This document shows positions 24,399-38,100 of a stretch of DNA of 64,000 nt, one piece after another. The notes beneath the pieces were generated by a model. That model saw only the letters and a program-made list of their open reading frames with translations. It did not search any database and had not been told where the DNA came from. This DNA is from Eledone cirrhosa. Lineage: Eukaryota. Position 1 is the first letter of the stretch. Each line of letters starts with the position of its first letter. The stretch spans positions 80,910,001 through 80,974,000 of the forward strand of contig OZ024745.1 in assembly GCA_964016885.1 (NCBI GenBank), written 5' to 3'. The position numbers were made by a program, and so were the translations under genes.

Positions 24399-24531
24399 TA
24401 GATCATATCTTAGAAGTGAGTCCTTTATTCTTAGGTTGTAGACTTACTCCATCACCCAATTTAACGTCACCACCTAGTACTTTAGCAGGTTCTACTATGT
24501 TGTAAGCATTTGGTCCAGGTCTCTGGTTTAA

Positions 24532-24739
24532 CCCTTTAGCATTTACATTACTCTATATTTACTATTATATTTTCATGGTAAAGGCTTTATCTCACATAAT
24601 ATTGAATCTATGAGATTTTGATATTATTTATTTTGAGAACCACACCTTAACATCAGTATGAGCAGCTGGTTACAGCCGGTTTGAACAGAAAGAGGTGAGA
24701 GAATTCTGGCCAGATACAGCCTGTTTAAATGCTAAAAGG
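24532..24739. mobile_element. piggyBac-like MITE with TTAA target duplication
   Basis: TTAA|CCCTTTAGCATTTA ... TAAATGCTAAAAGG|TTAA: 14-bp TIRs with one mismatch, flanked by TTAA. Confidence 0.7.
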
Positions 24740-25555
24740 TTAAGGATACCTTCCACATTCTCTACCACTAGTCTCAGAGGTTCTGGAAACGGTCATGGGC
24801 ATTGCCACCCTCTCCCTGATTAAACAGTAGAAAGAATAATCATATCACAGTTTATCCCTTTTAGTACCAACCTGCCTGAGACTTCATCATCATCATTACC
24901 GTTTTACGTCCGTTCTTCCATGCTAGCATGCATTCATATTTGAATTAAATCTGTATCAAATTCTCATAACATGAATGATATAAGATTTAAGTTGTAGTTA
25001 ACACCAACATAATACACAAATATATAAAGTTACAAATGAAGTTTATAGGAAACTCAGACATAGACAATAGCTGGAAACACAGTTGGTTGTTATAAACAGC
25101 TTAGAAAATTGGGTAAAGATGGAAAGAATTGGCCATAAGGAGCCTATCAAGGGTATTTCCCATTATAGCAACCAGCTGTGTTTACGATAATTACAGCATC
25201 TGAGTTTCCTAAATTTTCCATGAACCCCATAATAATCCCTCAGCACTTCAAAAATTTGAACTTGGCATACAAAGTTACAGGTATTTTATTAAACTCTTTG
25301 ATAGACGGTTATATTAAAAACTAATTGAAATACACAGGCAGTCTACTCATTAGAAATATAGTCACAACAGTGACCATATTTGGAAGCTGGGTTAATAGTC
25401 TTAATAGGTTAATGTTTTATGTCATCTGTAGTGGTTGTTAGTGAATAAAGGCTCTCTGTAGGGTTTTTATATCAGGTTGTATATAGTAAAATATCCCTGA
25501 TAGACTGCCAATGTGCTTTCTGAACTAACAGTATTATATGTATTCATCATACAAC

Positions 25556-25743
25556 GGCGGTGGATTGGCAGTATCGGTAGAGGGTCGGACACCATACTTT
25601 GCAGCATAGAGTTACGGCCCTTGCCATTCTGAGTTCAAATCCTGCCGAGGTTAACTTTGCCTTTCATCCTACGAGGTCGATAAAATAAAGTACCAGTAAT
25701 GTACTGGGTAATTGCTGGCCTTGTGCCAAAAGTAGAGACAATT
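25556..25743 (+). mobile_element. Full-length tRNA-derived SINE (family A)
   Basis: GGCGGTGGATTGGCAGTATCGGTAG (A box) ... GAGTTCAAATCC (B box) ... GCCTTTCATCC ... GGCCTTGTGCCAAAAGTAG. At least six related copies occur in the window. Confidence 0.88.
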
Positions 25744-25905
25744 ATATGTCTTTGAAGATCTGACTTGCAATGAAGCATTTGAAGATCTGATTTGCAATAT
25801 TCTAGCCATTTCTAAACACGCTTTCTCTTCTTTCTCTCTGTCTTACCTCTAATTATCTACCTGTTCCTTCTTTCTCTCTTACCTCTAATTATCTACCTGC
25901 TATAG

Positions 25906-26065
25906 ATGAACTACACAAGACTACTATGGAGCCAAAATTGTCCCACCAAGACCAGTCAAGACAATAAAGTGTTGACCATTACTGCATCTATTAGTCTTAT
26001 GGTCATTACTATTATCTACTATTTATGCATGTATCTTATTGGCAAAGGGAAAATTTTTAATTTCT
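25906..26065 (+). CDS. OSTM1: OSTM1 exon 5 (transmembrane exon); final exon lies outside the window
   Basis: Acceptor CTGCTATAG; MNYTRLLWSQNC matches OSTM1 MN.TR.LWS...C, followed by the hydrophobic segment VLTITASISLMVITIIYYLCMYLI. Donor T|GTGAGT at 26066, phase 1. Confidence 0.88.
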
Positions 26066-26174
26066 GTGAGTATTTAAAATTGTATTTTATTTTATCCGAG
26101 GTTTTGACTATTGTGGTTAGTGCAGGTCAGCTTCACTTAAATGAATCTAACCTGATTAAATAAATCATTTAATA

Positions 26175-29100
26175 AGCTTTACTTACCTTAGACATTGTAA
26201 ATCAGGCTCTACTTACCTTAGACATTGTAAATCAGGCTTTACTTACCTTAGTCATTGTAAATCAAGCTTTAGTTACCTTAGTCATTGTAAATCAAGCTTT
26301 ACTTACCTTAGTCATTGTAAATCAAGCTCTACTTACCTTAGTCATTGTAAATCAAGCTTTAGTTACCTTAGTCATTGTAAATCAAGCTTTAGTTACCTTA
26401 GTCATTGTAATCAGGCTCTACTTACCTTAGTCATTGTAAATCAGGCTTTACTTACCTTAGTCATTGTAAATCAAGCTTTACTTACCTTAGACATTGTAAA
26501 TCAGGCTTTACTTACCTTAGTCATTGTAAATCAAGCTCTACTTACCTTAGTCATTGTAAATCAAGCTTTACTTACCTTAGTCATTGTAAATCAAGCTCTA
26601 CTTACCTTAGTCATTGTAAATCAAGCTTTACTTACCTTAGTCATTGTAAATCAGGCTTTACGTACCTTAGTCATTGTAAATCAAGCTCTACTTACCTTAG
26701 TCATTGTAAATCAAGCTTTACTTACCTTAGTCATTGTAAATCAGGCTTTACTTACCTTAGACATTGTAAATCAAGCTTTACTTACCTTAGTCATTGTAAA
26801 TCAAGCTTTAGTTACCTTAGTCATTGTAAATCAAGCTTTACTTACCTTAGTCATTGTAAATCAAGCTCTACTTACCTTAGTCATTGTAAATCAAGCTCTA
26901 CTTACCTTAGTCATTGTAAATCAAGCTTTACTTACCTTAGTCATTGTAAATCAAGCTTTAGTTACCTTAGTCATTGTAAATCAGGCTTTACTTACCTTAG
27001 ACATTGTAAATCAAGCTTTACTTACCTTAGTCATTGTAAATCAAGCTCTACTTACCTTAGACATTGTAAATCAGGCTTTACTTACCTTAGTCATTGTAAA
27101 TCAAGCTTTAGTTACCTTAGTCATTGTAAATCAAGCTTTACTTACCTTAGTCATTGTAAATCAAGCTCTACTTACCTTAGTCATTGTAAATCAAGCTCTA
27201 CTTACCTTAGTCATTGTAAATCAAGCTCTACTTACCTTAGTCATTGTAAATCAGGCTTTACTTACCTTAGTCATTGTAAATCAGGCTTTACTTACCTTAG
27301 ACATTGTAAATCAGGCTTTACTTACCTTAGACATTGTAAATCAGGCTTTACTTACCTTAGTCATTGTAAATCAAGCTTTACGTACCTTAGACATTGTAAA
27401 TCAGGCTTTACTTACCTTAGACATTGTAAATCAAGCTTTACTTACCTTAGTCATTGTAAATCAGGCTTTACTTACCTTAGTCATTGTAAATCAGGCTTTA
27501 CTTACCTTAGACATTGTAAATCAAGCTTTACTTACCTTAGTCATTGTAAATCAGGCTTTACTTACCTTAGTCATTGTAAATCAAGCTTTAGTTACCTTAG
27601 ACATTGTAAATCAGGCTTTACTTACCTTAGACATTGTAAATCAGGCTTTACTTACCTTAGACATTGTAAATCAAGCTTTACGTACCTTAGTCATTGTAAA
27701 TCAGGCTTTACTTACCTTAGTCATTGTAAATCAAGCTTTACTTACCTTAGTCATTGTAAATCAGGCTTTACTTACCTTAGTCATTGTAAATCAAGCTTTA
27801 CTTACCTTAGACATTGTAAATCAAGCTTTACTTACCTTAGTCATTGTAAATCAAGCTTTACTTACCTTAGTCATTGTAAATCAAGCTTTACTTACCTTAG
27901 TCATTGTAAATCAAGCTTTACTTACCTTAGACATTGTAAATCAAGCTTTACGTACCTTAGACATTGTAAATCAGGCTTTACTTACCTTAGTCATTGTAAA
28001 TCAAGCTTTACTTACCTTAGTCATTGTAAATCAAGCTTTAGTTACCTTAGTCATTGTAAATCAAGCTTTACTTACCTTAGACATTGTAAATCAGGCTCTA
28101 CTTACCTTAGTCATTGTAAATCAGGCTTTACTTACCTTAGTCATTGTAAATCAGGCTTTACTTACCTTAGTCATTGTAAATCAAGCTTTACTTACCTTAG
28201 TCATTGTAAATCAAGCTTTACTTACCTTAGTCATTGTAAATCAGGCTTTACTTTCCTTAGTCATTGTAAATCAGGCTTTACTTACCTTAGACATTGTAAA
28301 TCAAGCTTTACTTACCTTAGTCATTGTAAATCAGGCTTTACTTACCTTAGTCATTGTAAATCAAGCTTTAGTTACCTTACTCATTGTAAATCAAGCTTTA
28401 GTTACCTTAGTCATTGTAAATCAAGCTTTACTTACCTTAGACATTGTAAATCAAGCTTTACTTACCTTAGTCATTGTAAATCAAGCTTTACTTACCTTAG
28501 ACATTGTAAATCAAGATTTACTTACCTTAGCCATTGTAAATCAAGCTTTACTTACCTTAGTCATTGTAAATCAAGCTCTACTTACCTTAGTCATTGTAAA
28601 TCAAGCTTTACTTACCTTAGTCATTGTAAATCAAGCTTTACTTACCTTAGACATTGTAAATCAAGATTTACTTACCTTAGTCATTGTAAATCAAGCTCTA
28701 CTTACCTTAGTTATTGTAAATCAAGCTTTAGTTACCTTAGTCATTGTAAATCAAGCTTTAGTTACCTTAGTCATTGTAAATCAAGCTTTAGTTACCTTAG
28801 TCATTGTAAATCAAGCTTTAGTTACCTTAGTCATTGTAAATCAAGCTCTACTTACCTTAGACATTGTAAATCAAGCTTTACTTACCTTAGACATTGTAAA
28901 TCAAGCTCTACTTACCTTAGTCATTGTAAATCAAGATTTACTTACCTTAGTCATTGTAAATCAAGCTCTACTTACCTTAGTCATTGTAAATCAGGCTTTA
29001 CTTACCTTAGACATTGTAAATCAGGCTTTACTTACCTTAGTCATTGTAAATCAAGCTCTACTTACCTTAGTCATTGTAAATCAAGATTTACTTACCTTAG

Positions 29101-32100
29101 TCATTGTAAATCAAGCTTTACTTACCTTAGTCATTGTAAATCAAGATTTACTTACCTTAGTCATTGTAAATCAAGCTCTACTTACCTTAGTCATTGTAAA
29201 TCAGGCTTTACTTACCTTAGACATTGTAAATCAGGCTTTACTTACCTTAGTCATTGTAAATCAAGCTCTACTTACCTTAGTCATTGTAAATCAAGATTTA
29301 CTTACCTTAGTCATTGTAAATCAAGCTTTACTTACCTTAGTCATTGTAAATCAAGATTTACTTACCTTAGTCATTGTAAATCAGGCTTTACTTACCTTAG
29401 ACATTGTAAATCAGGCTTTACTTACCTTAGACATTGTAAATCAGGCTTTACTTACCTTAGTCATTGTAAATCAAGCTCTACTTACCTTAGTCATTGTAAA
29501 TCAAGCTTTACTTACCTTAGACATTGTAAATCAAGCTTTACTTACCTTAGACATTGTAAATCAGGCTTTACTTACCTTAGTCATTGTAAATCAGGCTCTA
29601 CTTACCTTAGTCATTGTAAATCAAGCTTTACTTACCTTAGTCATTGTAAATCAAGCTTTACTTACCTTAGTCATTGTAAATCAGGCTTTACTTACCTTAG
29701 ACATTGTAAATCAGGCTTTACTTACCTTAGTCATTGTAAATCAAGCTTTACTTACCTTAGTCATTGTAAATCAGGCTTTACTTACCTTAGTCATTGTAAA
29801 TCAAGCTTTACTTACCTTAGTCATTGTAAATCAAGCTTTACTTACCTTAGTCATTGTAAATCAGGCTTTACTTACCTTAGTCATTGTAAATCAAGCTTTA
29901 CTTACCTTAGTCATTGTAAATCAAGCTTTACTTACCTTAGTCATTGTAAATCAGGCTTTACTTACCTTAGTCATTGTAAATCAGGCTTTACTTACCTTAG
30001 TCATTGTAAATCAGGCTTTACTTACCTTAGTCATTGTAAATCAAGATTTACTTACCTTAGACATTGTAAATCAGGCTTTACTTACCTTAGACATTGTAAA
30101 TCAGGCTTTACTTACCTTAGACATTGTAAATCAAGCTTTACTTACCTTAGTCATTGTAAATCAGGCTCTACTTACTTTAGTCATTGTAAATCAGGCTCTA
30201 CTTACCTTAGACATTGTAAATCAAGCTCTACTTACCTTAGTCATTGTAAATCAAGCTTTACTTACCTTAGTCATTGTAAATCAAGATTTACTTACCTTAG
30301 ACATTGTAAATCAAGCTTTACTTACCTTAGACATTGTAAATCAAGCTTTACTTACCTTAGTCATTGTAAATCAAGCTCTACTTACCTTAGACATTGTAAA
30401 TCAAGCTCTACTTACCTTAGTCATTGTAAATCAAGCTCTACTTACCTTAGTCATTGTAAATCAAGCTTTACTTACCTTAGTCATTGTAAATCAGGCTTTA
30501 CTTACCTTAGTCATTGTAAATCAGGCTTTACTTACCTTAGTTATTGTAAATCAGGCTTTACTTACCTTAGTCATTGTAAATCAGGCTTTACTTACCTTAG
30601 TCATTGTAAATCAGGCTTTACTTACCTTAGACATTGTAAATCAGGCTTTACTTACCTTAGACATTGTAAATCAGGCTTTACTTACCTTAGACATTGTAAA
30701 TCAGGCTTTACTTACCTTAGTCATTGTAAATCAGGCTTTACTTACCTTAGACATTGTAAATCAGGCTTTACTTACCTTAGACATTGTAAATCAGGCTTTA
30801 CTTACCTTAGTCATTGTAAATCAGGCTTTACTTACCTTAGACATTGTAAATCAGGCTTTACTTACCTTAGACATTGTAAATCAGGCTTTACGTACCTTAG
30901 TCATTGTAAATCAGGCTTTACTTACCTTAGACATTGTAAATCAGGCTTTACTTACCTTAGACATTGTAAATCAGGCTTTACTTACCTTAGTCATTGTAAA
31001 TCAGGCTTTACTTACCTTAGACATTGTAAATCAGGCTTTACTTACCTTAGACATTGTAAATCAGGCTTTACTTACCTTAGTCGTTGTAAATCAGGCTTTA
31101 CGTACCTTAGACATTGTAAATCAAGCTCTACTTACCTTAGTCATTGTAAATCAAGATTTACTTACCTTAGACATTGTAAATCAGGCTTTACTTACCTTAG
31201 ACATTGTAAATCAGGCTTTACGTACCTTAGTCATTGTAAATCAGGCTTTACTTACCTTAGACATTGTAAATCAGGCTTTACTTACCTTAGTCATTGTAAA
31301 TCAGGCTTTACTTACCTTAGTCATTGTAAATCAAGATTTACTTACCTTAGTCATTGTAAATCAGGCTTTACTTACCTTAGTCATTGTAAATCAGGCTTTA
31401 CTTACCTTAGACATTGTAATCAGGCTTTACTTACCTTAGTCATTGTAAATCAAGCTTTACTTACCTTAGACATTGTAATCAGGCTTTACTTACCTTAGTC
31501 ATTGTAAATCAAGATTTACTTACCTTAGACATTGTAATCAGGCTTTACTTACCTTAGACATTGTAATCAGGCTTTACTTACCTTAGACATTGTAAATCAG
31601 GCTTTACTTACCTTAGACATTGTAAATCAGGCTTTACTTACCCTAGTCATTGTAAATCAGGCTCTACTTACCTTAGTCATTGTAAATCAAGATTTACTTA
31701 CCTTAGACATTGTAATCAGGCTTTACTTACCTTAGACATTGTAATCAGGCTTTACTTACCTTAGACATTGTAAATCAGGCTTTACTTACCTTAGTCATTG
31801 TAAATCAGGCTTTACGTACCTTAGTCATTGTAAATCAGGCTCTACTTACCTTAGTCATTGTAAATCAAGATTTACTTACCTTAGACATTGTAATCAGGCT
31901 TTACTTACCTTAGACATTGTAATCAGGCTTTACTTACCTTAGACATTGTAATCAGGCTTTACTTACCTTAGACATTGTAAATCAGGCTTTACTTACCTTA
32001 GTCATTGTAAATCAGGCTCTACTTACCTTAGTCATTGTAAATCAAGATTTACTTACCTTAGACATTGTAATCAGGCTTTACTTACCTTAGACATTGTAAT

Positions 32101-35100
32101 CAGGCTTTACTTACCTTAGACATTGTAAATCAGGCTTTACTTACCTTAGTCATTGTAAATCAGGCTCTACTTACCTTAGACATTGTAAATCAGGCTTTAC
32201 TTACCTTAGACATTGTAATCAGGCTTTACTTACCTTAGACATTGTAATCAGGCTTTACTTACCTTAGACATTGTAAATCAGGCTTTACTTACCTTAGACA
32301 TTGTAAATCAGGCTTTACTTACCTTAGTCATTGTAAATCAGGCTCTACTTACCTTAGACATTGTAAATCAAGCTTTACTTACCTTAGTCATTGTCATTCA
32401 AGCTCTACTTACCTTAGTCATTGTAAATCAAGCTTTAGTTACCTTAGTCATTGTAAATCAAGCTTTACTTACCTTAGTCATTGTAAATCAAGCTCTACTT
32501 ACCTTAGCCATTGTAAATCAAGCTTTAGTTACCTTAGACATTGTAAATCAAGATTTACTTACCTTAGTCATTGTAAATCAAGCTTTACTTACCTTAGACA
32601 TTGTAAATCAAGATTTACTTACCTTAGTCATTGTAAATCAGGCTCTACTTACCTTAGTCATTGTAAATCAAGATTTACTTACCTTAGACATTGTAATCAG
32701 GCTTTACTTACCTTAGACATTGTAATCAGGCTTTACTTACCTTAGACATTGTAAATCAGGCTTTACTTACCTTAGTCATTGTAAATCAGGCTTTACGTAC
32801 CTTAGTCATTGTAAATCAGGCTCTACTTACCTTAGTCATTGTAAATCAAGATTTACTTACCTTAGACATTGTAATCAGGCTTTACTTACCTTAGACATTG
32901 TAATCAGGCTTTACTTACCTTAGACATTGTAATCAGGCTTTACTTACCTTAGACATTGTAAATCAGGCTTTACTTACCTTAGTCATTGTAAATCAGGCTC
33001 TACTTACCTTAGTCATTGTAAATCAAGATTTACTTACCTTAGACATTGTAATCAGGCTTTACTTACCTTAGACATTGTAATCAGGCTTTACTTACCTTAG
33101 ACATTGTAAATCAGGCTTTACTTACCTTAGTCATTGTAAATCAGGCTCTACTTACCTTAGACATTGTAAATCAGGCTTTACTTACCTTAGACATTGTAAT
33201 CAGGCTTTACTTACCTTAGACATTGTAATCAGGCTTTACTTACCTTAGACATTGTAATCAGGCTTTACTTACCTTAGACATTGTAATCAGGCTTTACTTA
33301 CCTTAGACATTGTAAATCAGGCTTTACTTACCTTAGTCATTGTAAATCAGGCTCTACTTACCTTAGACATTGTAAATCAAGCTTTACTTACCTTAGTCAT
33401 TGTAAATCAAGCTCTACTTACCTTAGTCATTGTAAATCAAGCTTTAGTTACCTTAGTCATTGTAAATCAAGCTTTACTTACCTTAGTCATTGTAAATCAA
33501 GCTCTACTTACCTTAGCCATTGTAAATCAAGCTTTAGTTACCTTAGACATTGTAAATCAAGATTTACTTACCTTAGTCATTGTAAATCAAGCTTTACTTA
33601 CCTTAGACATTGTAAATCAAGATTTACTTACCTTAGTCATTGTAAATCAAGCTTTACTTACCTTAGACATTGTAAATCAAGCTTTACTTACCTTAGACAT
33701 TGTAAATCAAGCTTTACTTACCTTAGTCATTGTAAATCAAGCTCTACTTACCTTAGTCATTGTAAATCAAGCTTTAGTTACCTTAGTCATTGTAAATCAA
33801 GCTTTAGTTACCTTAGTCATTGTAAATCAAGCTTTAGTTACCTTAGACATTGTAAATCAAGATTTACTTACCTTAGTCATTGTAAATCAAGCTCTACTTA
33901 CCTTAGTCATTGTAAATCAAGCTTTAGTTACCTTAGTCATTGTAAATCAAGCTTTAGTTACCTTAGTCATTGTAAATCAAGCTTTACTTACCTTAGACAT
34001 TGTAAATCAAGATTTACTTACCTTAGTCATTGTAAATCAAGCTCTACTTACCTTAGTCATTGTAAATCAAGCTTTAGTTACCTTAGTCATTGTAAATCAA
34101 GCTTTAGTTACCTTAGTCATTGTAAATCAAGCTTTACTTACCTTAGACATTGTAAATCAAGCTTTACTTACCTTAGACATTGTAAATCAAGCTTTACTTA
34201 CCTTAGTCATTGTAAATCAAGCTTTACTTACCTTAGACATTGTAAATCAAGATTTACTTACCTTAGTCATTGTAAATCAAGCTTTACTTACCTTAGTCAT
34301 TGTAAATCAAGCTCTACTTACCTTAGTCATTGTAAATCAAGCTTTACTTACCTTAGTCATTGTAAATCAAGCTTTACTTACCTTAGACATTGTAAATCAA
34401 GATTTACTTACCTTAGTCATTGTAAATCAAGCTCTACTTACCTTAGTCATTGTAAATCAAGCTTTAGTTACCTTAGTCATTGTAAATCAAGCTTTAGTTA
34501 CCTTAGTCATTGTAAATCAAGCTGTAGTTACCTTAGTCATTGTAAATCAAGCTTTAGTTACCTTAGTCATTGTAAATCAAGCTCTACTTACCTTAGACAT
34601 TGTAAATCAAGCTTTACTTACCTTAGACATTGTAAATCAAGCTCTACTTACCTTAGTCATTGTAAATCAAGATTTACTTACCTTAGTCATTGTAAATCAA
34701 GCTCTACTTACCTTAGTCATTGTAAATCAGGCTTTACTTACCTTAGACATTGTAAATCAGGCTTTACTTACCTTAGTCATTGTAAATCAAGCTCTACTTA
34801 CCTTAGTCATTGTAAATCAAGATTTACTTACCTTAGTCATTGTAAATCAAGCTTTACTTACCTTAGTCATTGTAAATCAAGATTTACTTACCTTAGTCAT
34901 TGTAAATCAAGCTCTACTTACCTTAGTCATTGTAAATCAGGCTTTACTTACCTTAGACATTGTAAATCAGGCTTTACTTACCTTAGTCATTGTAAATCAA
35001 GCTCTACTTACCTTAGTCATTGTAAATCAAGCTTTACTTACCTTAGTCATTGTAAATCAAGCTTTACTTACCTTAGACATTGTAAATCAAGATTTACTTA

Positions 35101-38100
35101 CCTTAGTCATTGTAAATCAAGCTCTACTTACCTTAGTCATTGTAAATCAAGCTTTAGTTACCTTAGTCATTGTAAATCAAGCTTTAGTTACCTTAGTCAT
35201 TGTAAATCAAGCTGTAGTTACCTTAGTCATTGTAAATCAAGCTTTAGTTACCTTAGTCATTGTAAATCAAGCTCTACTTACCTTAGACATTGTAAATCAA
35301 GCTTTACTTACCTTAGACATTGTAAATCAAGCTCTACTTACCTTAGTCATTGTAAATCAAGATTTACTTACCTTAGTCATTGTAAATCAAGCTCTACTTA
35401 CCTTAGTCATTGTAAATCAGGCTTTACTTACCTTAGACATTGTAAATCAGGCTTTACTTACCTTAGTCATTGTAAATCAAGCTCTACTTACCTTAGTCAT
35501 TGTAAATCAAGATTTACTTACCTTAGTCATTGTAAATCAAGCTTTACTTACCTTAGTCATTGTAAATCAAGATTTACTTACCTTAGTCATTGTAAATCAA
35601 GCTCTACTTACCTTAGTCATTGTAAATCAGGCTTTACTTACCTTAGACATTGTAAATCAGGCTTTACTTACCTTAGTCATTGTAAATCAAGCTCTACTTA
35701 CCTTAGTCATTGTAAATCAAGATTTACTTACCTTAGTCATTGTAAATCAAGCTTTACTTACCTTAGTCATTGTAAATCAAGATTTACTTACCTTAGTCAT
35801 TGTAAATCAGGCTTTACTTACCTTAGACATTGTAAATCAGGCTTTACTTACCTTAGACATTGTAAATCAGGCTTTACTTACCTTAGTCATTGTAAATCAA
35901 GCTCTACTTACCTTAGTCATTGTAAATCAAGCTTTACTTACCTTAGACATTGTAAATCAAGCTTTACTTACCTTAGACATTGTAAATCAGGCTTTACTTA
36001 CCTTAGTCATTGTAAATCAGGCTCTACTTACCTTAGTCATTGTAAATCAAGCTTTACTTACCTCAGTCATTGTAAATCAAGCTTTACTTACCTTAGTCAT
36101 TGTAAATCAGGCTTTACTTACCTTAGACATTGTAAATCAGACTTTACTTACCTTAGTCATTGTAAATCAAGCTTTACTTACCTTAGTCATTGTAAATCAG
36201 GCTTTACTTACCTTAGTCATTGTAAATCAAGCTTTACTTACCTTAGTCATTGTAAATCAAGCTTTACTTACCTTAGTCATTGTAAATCAAGCTTTACTTA
36301 CCTTAGTCATTGTAAATCAGGCTTTACTTACCTTAGTCATTGTAAATCAGGCTTTACTTACCTTAGTCATTGTAAATCAAGATTTACTTACCTTAGTCAT
36401 TGTAAATCAAGCTTTACTTACCTTAGTCATTGTAAATCAGGCTTTACTTACCTTAGTCATTGTAAATCAGGCTTTACTTACCTTAGTCATTGTAAATCAA
36501 GATTTACTTACCTTAGTCATTGTAAATCAAGCTTTACTTACCTTAGTCATTGTAAATCAGGCTTTACTTACCTTAGTCATTGTAAATCAAGCTCTACTTA
36601 CCTTAGTCATTGTAAATCAAGCTTTACTTACCTTAGTCATTGTAAATCAAGCTTTACTTACCTTAGACATTGTAAATCAGGCTTTACTTACCTTAGTCAT
36701 TGTAAATCAAGATTTACTTACCTTAGTCATTGTAAATCAGGCTCTACTTACCTTAGACATTGTAAATCAGGCTTTACTTACCTTAGACATTGTAAATCAG
36801 GCTTTTCTTACCTTAGACATTGTAAATCAGGCTTTACTTACCTTAGACATTGTAAATCAAGCTCTACTTACCTTAGTCATTGTAAATCAAGCTCTACTTA
36901 CCTTAGTCATTGTAAATCAAGATTTACTTACCTTAGTCATTGTAAATCAGGCTTTACTTACCTTAGTCATTGTAAATCAAGATTTACTTACCTTAGACAT
37001 TGTAAATCAGGCTTTACTTACCTTAGACATTGTAAATCAGGCTTTACTTACCTTAGACATTGTAAATCAAGCTTTACTTACCTTAGTCATTGTAAATCAG
37101 GCTCTACTTACTTTAGTCATTGTAAATCAGGCTCTACTTACCTTAGACATTGTAAATCAAGCTCTACTTACCTTAGTCATTGTAAATCCAGCTTTACTTA
37201 CCTTAGTCATTGTAAATCAAGATTTACTTACCTTAGACATTGTAAATCAAGCTTTACTTACCTTAGACATTGTAAATCAAGCTTTACTTACCTTAGTCAT
37301 TGTAAATCAAGCTCTACTTACCTTAGACATTGTAAATCAAGCTCTACTTACCTTAGTCATTGTAAATCAAGCTCTACTTACCTTAGTCATTGTAAATCAA
37401 GCTTTACTTACCTTAGTCATTGTAAATCAGGCTTTACTTACCTTAGTCATTGTAAATCAGGCTTTACTTACCTTAGTTATTGTAAATCAGGCTTTACTTA
37501 CCTTAGTCATTGTAAATCAGGCTTTACTTACCTTAGTCATTGTAAATCAGGCTTTACTTACCTTAGACATTGTAAATCAGGCTTTACTTACCTTAGACAT
37601 TGTAAATCAGGCTTTACTTACCTTAGACATTGTAAATCAGGCTTTACTTACCTTAGTCATTGTAAATCAGGCTTTACTTACCTTAGACATTGTAAATCAG
37701 GCTTTACTTACCTTAGACATTGTAAATCAGGCTTTACTTACCTTAGTCATTGTAAATCAGGCTTTACTTACCTTAGACATTGTAAATCAGGCTTTACTTA
37801 CCTTAGACATTGTAAATCAGGCTTTACGTACCTTAGTCATTGTAAATCAGGCTTTACTTACCTTAGACATTGTAAATCAGGCTTTACTTACCTTAGACAT
37901 TGTAAATCAGGCTTTACTTACCTTAGTCATTGTAAATCAGGCTTTACTTACCTTAGACATTGTAAATCAGGCTTTACTTACCTTAGACATTGTAAATCAG
38001 GCTTTACTTACCTTAGTCGTTGTAAATCAGGCTTTACGTACCTTAGACATTGTAAATCAAGCTCTACTTACCTTAGTCATTGTAAATCAAGATTTACTTA

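Noticed and set aside
25556-25650. tRNA gene suggested by A and B boxes
   Set aside because: No cloverleaf, and the boxes continue into a body repeated many times in the window, so it is a SINE head.
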